From: Octopus sinensis
Lineage: Eukaryota
Assembly: GCF_006345805.1 (NCBI RefSeq)
Contig: NC_043006.1
Coordinates: 1,922,001 to 1,986,000, forward strand
Direction: 5' to 3'
Length of the DNA stretch: 64,000 nt
Part shown: positions 63,171 through 64,000 of the stretch, in pieces
Position numbering within the stretch: position 1 is the first letter of the stretch
Layout: each line of letters starts with the position of its first letter
Notes under the pieces: generated by a model
What the model saw: only the letters and a program-made list of their open reading frames with translations
The model's database searches: none
Told to the model about the DNA's origin: nothing
Made by a program: the position numbers and the translations under genes

Positions 63171-63869
63171 TGCATACGTATGTATGTAGATACATAAATA
63201 TGAAATTTACTGCCCATGTTCCATGCTTTCATGGGTTTGATGCTTTGACAAAGATCTGATGAGACGAAGGACTGCATTGTGCTCCAGTGCCTACTTTGGC
63301 ACAATTTCTAAGACTTCAGATCCTTCTTAATGCCAACCACTTTACAGTGTGTACTGGGAGCTCCTATGACAAGCTTCATTGAGTTTCCATCTACAAAATC
63401 TACCCACAAGGCTTTGGTTGACCTGGTGCTATAAGTGGAGGACACTTGGCCCAAGGTGCCGTGCAGTGGGACTGAACCTGAAGTGAACATGACCACACAG
63501 GCCATGTCTTACTTGTTCTCTTTCCAAAATGGCCTTGTAGATGTAGTAAAGATGAATCCATATCTATTTCATGCGATTCACTGAGCTCCAAATGCATCCT
63601 ACTTACAAGAATAAAATGACACACAGATACACTGTTTAGTGAGTAAACATATTTCATCATTGTCTTAAAATTCAGATGCTTCAACACTAAATACACTTTT
63701 TAGCCTTCTGATATTGTTAACAGTAAGATGTGGAGATTTTTTTCCTTACTATTTTCCAGATTCTAATAACAATTGAGTTTCTGTCTGAAAAGAAAACTTA
63801 CTGTAACTTTCTGATTATGTTTTTAAAGCATATTTTTTTTCTGAGTGTACATTATGCTACCTTAGTATT

Positions 63870-64000
63870 TTAGGTAGGATACACCATCCGATCGTGGCCG
63901 CTGCCAGCCTCGCATGGCCCCCGTGCCAGTGGCATGTAAAAAGCACCATCCGATCGTGGCTGTTTGCCAGCACCATCTGGCACCTGTGCCGGTGGCTGGT
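63870..64000 (+). mobile_element. RTE 3'UTR subrepeats running off the window edge
   Basis: caccatccgatcgtggcc...gtggcatgtaaaaagcacc. Confidence 0.8.

Overview
AT-rich, repeat-saturated eukaryotic DNA. The SINE and LINE families look like those of a coleoid cephalopod, most likely Octopus; this is recognition from memory, not a database result. No host protein-coding gene can be confidently called, and most ORF-track entries are microsatellite or TE artefacts. The largest element is a 5'-truncated RTE-clade LINE (~9782-13190). Its 2.9-kb ORF2 stays in one frame with only two TGA stops and has a C4HC3 PHD-type finger inside the RT. Also present: Penelope-like (PLE) relics, a FLYWCH+MULE transposon, DD37D and mariner relics, hAT/piggyBac/Merlin/Tc1-type MITEs, four tRNA-derived SINE families, many RTE 3' ends and long microsatellites. 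The most interesting signal is a set of minimal type-I hammerhead-ribozyme (HHR) motifs with palindromic stem III. One is complete and sits between ~200-bp inverted repeats (52243-52783). One is decayed (41138-41172). One is a half motif just downstream of a tRNA-like A/B-box segment at a PLE 3' end (7852-7968). One more is a weak candidate (51528-51850). Both fully visible cores read CCGANGA rather than CUGANGA. Coordinates were read by eye; repeat boundaries may be off by tens of bases.
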